A stretch of DNA of 64,000 nucleotides from Pristiophorus japonicus (taxonomy: Eukaryota). The notes beneath the pieces are model-generated. The model ran no database searches and had not been told where the DNA came from. It saw only the letters and a list, made by a program, of their open reading frames with translations. Every line of letters begins with the position of its first letter. The stretch's first letter is position 1. The stretch lies in assembly GCF_044704955.1 (NCBI RefSeq), contig NC_091990.1:179800001-179864000 (forward strand), written 5' to 3'. This document shows, piece after piece, positions 61,724 to 64,000 of this stretch. The position numbers and the translations under genes are program-made.

Positions 61724-61902
61724 GGCCTGGAAATTCAGCAGGGAGGTTCTCTTGATGTAACATTGGCTGGAGGCGAGTAGAACTCCCTCACAGATGCATA
61801 AATGGCTGGCTGTTTGCACAGCTTCTCTGGGGATTCTTCCAGTCTCCCACGGAAGTTACGGTGGGAGACTGGAAGAGCCAGCCCCTGCGGAATTTCCAGG
61901 CC
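61724..61902. mobile_element. 179-bp MITE, Harbinger-type
   Basis: 20-bp TIRs ggcctggaaattcagcaggg / ccctgcggaatttccaggcc (19/20); flanks cgt/agt. Confidence 0.8.
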
Positions 61903-62997
61903 AGTGTATTTACTCACTAAGCCTACAGCTTAATGAACCCTTGAGCTGAATTAAAGTATATCCTCCTAACGAGGCACACTAAGACCCAGACTATCTGCTG
62001 AGTAGAAAGATCTTGTATTTCAAGGTGGATTTGAATTTGGTTCAAAATTCAATTCATTTTGGATTTTGCCTGTGGCAAATTGACAATGCTGAATTTGTAC
62101 CCATCAATGCATGCCGATATATATTGTGCCAAGAGCTGTGTATAAAATACTCATTGACACATGATAATAAGTCTATAGTGAGTGATCCAGCAGGTTTTAT
62201 GCTGGAATGGGACACAAAGAACTAATTCAAGCATGAAGTGAGAGCTGCTGCACACATTACCAGAGCTATTCATACATGGTGGGGGAGAACTCTCTCTCAA
62301 CATTTATTTTACATAAACAGTTAAGAATTTTGAGTTTGTTTTTGAAACATTGCTAGTTTGTTCAGTTCTTTTACACTGACCCTTAGGAATTCAGAATTTG
62401 TTCTACAATTCAAATATCATTCACAGGCATTGATGACTATTGCCAGATAAAGGAGAATATCAGCCATTTTCTCCGTGTGCAGTATTTAATCATTTGCAAA
62501 AACTGAAGCTAATACACCTTTAATTTGATGTGCATCGGTCATTTAAAAAGGAAGACATTTCCTATGGTCAAGTAGCCTGCCAACAGTCACTGTGTAGATT
62601 CAGACATGAAGAATTAACACTTGGGCAAAACTTCCATTGGGTATTATCTCAGCGGTGTCTTCAGAAGATTAGAGCAGAAAGTGGAAGATAGCAACAAACA
62701 AAAAAAATCAGACAGCATCGTAAATAGGAAAAAAATATGAGACTTCACTCAAAATATAGATTCAGCCAAGGTGGGGATTTTTATGATTTTGATCCTATTT
62801 AATGACCCTTTCATTGATTGCACAGTTCCGAATCTGAAGCTCCAAACCCAACAATGCATGAGACACAATTACATTAGGTGCTGATGCTGTTAACCTCTTT
62901 AGGCCATTGATTCCTGAAAAATGTAGAACTGATTGTACACTCACTCCAAGATGGTGTTGACAAGGTGATGACTACCTGAACAAATAGGAAATGTTTC

Positions 62998-63176
62998 TAC
63001 AACAACACAACTTGTATTTATATAGTGTCTTTAACAAAGTGAAACATCCCAAGGCTCTTCACAAGAGTATTGTGAGACAACAATTTGGCATAGAGCCACG
63101 TAAGGAGAAATTAGGGCAGGTGACCAAAAGCTTGGTCAAAGAGGTAGCTATTAAGGAGCGTCTTAAAGGAGGAAAG
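62998..63176 (-). mobile_element. L2-type LINE 3' end, interrupted by a Gypsy insertion
   Basis: (CAA)n tail, tgaccaaaagcttggtcaaagaggtag. Confidence 0.78.
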
Positions 63177-64000
63177 TGTCATGTATTCAACTATCATTGT
63201 AACCCATGTATAAGCTGACCTAAGTTGTACACCTTGAGAACATTGACCACAAGGGGGTGAACTTGTGGGAGACACTCCTAACCTGGACTTTCAGGTATAA
63301 AAAGGGAAGCTCCACCCACCTTCATCACTTGAGGTCTTGGTAATAAAGGTAACTGGTCACAGAGTGACCTTCTCTCAAGTATGGGTCTCGTGTGCATTTA
63401 TACTGTATAGTAAGGACATATCATTGGCGACAAGAAACTGGGATTTAAACCGCGCGAGCATGGCCACTAGCAGAACAGAAGAGAGGTACTGTGTTGGTGA
63501 TGATTGGGACGACTTTATTGAGAGACTACAACAAAGTTTTGTCACTAAGGAATGGTTGGGACAGGATTCGGCCGACAAACACAGGGCTCATCTCCTGATG
63601 GTTTGTGGATCCAGAACGTACTCCCTGATGAAGTACCTTCTAGCGCCAGAGAAGCCGGCAGACAAGACATTCGAAGAGCTCAGTAAGTTGATCGGGGAAT
63701 ACCTTAAACCGGCGAGCAGCATGCACATGGTGAGACACTGGTTTTACACGCACCGGCGGCAAGAAGGGCAAAGCGTTCCTGACTTCGTGGCAGATCTCCG
63801 GCGACTGGCGAGCCTATGTAAGTTCACAGATGCACGCAGAGCGGAGATGCTGCGAGACTTTTTTATTGAGGGCATCGTTTGTATTGAGGGCTGGAGTTTT
63901 CAGGAAATTGATTGAGACCAAACACTTGACCTTGGAAGCGGCAGCTCTGAGAGTCCAGACATTTATCTCAGGGGAGGAGGAGACCAGAATGATGTATGAC
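63177..64000 (+). mobile_element. Gypsy (Mag-like) LTR retrotransposon: 5' LTR, PBS and gag start; runs off the window
   Basis: LTR TG..CA 63177-63423 (247 bp) with TATA and AATAAA; PBS tggcgacaag from 63425; ATG 63460; gag (LAPEKPADKTFEELSKLIG...FVADLRRLASLCKFTD) homologous to the 33395-37530 element. Confidence 0.94.

Noticed and set aside
6210-64000. Adjacent sox6 exons (MSSKQATSPF... and DSSCMEKLLSKDWKE...)
   Set aside because: Not found by eye or in the ORF track; probably outside the window, although a short diverged exon could have been missed

Overview
Eukaryotic (vertebrate, most likely cartilaginous fish/shark) genomic DNA, almost all intronic. The only host coding sequence I can support is one 211-nt internal exon of a SoxD gene, best matching SOX6 (31487-31697, + strand, ...[26 protein letters not shown]...). 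The neighbouring sox6 exons were not found in the window. Nearly all long ORFs in the track come from retroelements. These are about a dozen CR1 LINE copies, L2 remnants, five young RTE LINEs, a non-autonomous structured RTE-tailed element (3 copies), tRNA-derived SINEs, two Mag-type Gypsy LTR elements plus a solo LTR, and a Penelope-like element. PIF/Harbinger-type DNA transposons and MITEs are also present. Most notable observations: (i) three minimal hammerhead-ribozyme motifs belonging to a Penelope family, one carried on a ~105-bp TSD-flanked mini-element that a Harbinger transposon later split exactly at the cleavage triplet; (ii) a 29-bp satellite hit four times by RTE LINEs, including a clear twin-priming inversion; (iii) a 38-bp minisatellite with eight STAT-type TTCTGGGAA sites; (iv) near-identical inverted CR1 copies flanking the sox6 exon; (v) TE-poor, motif-rich blocks that look like conserved enhancers. 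All calls are from reading the sequence by eye. Boundaries of old repeats are approximate.
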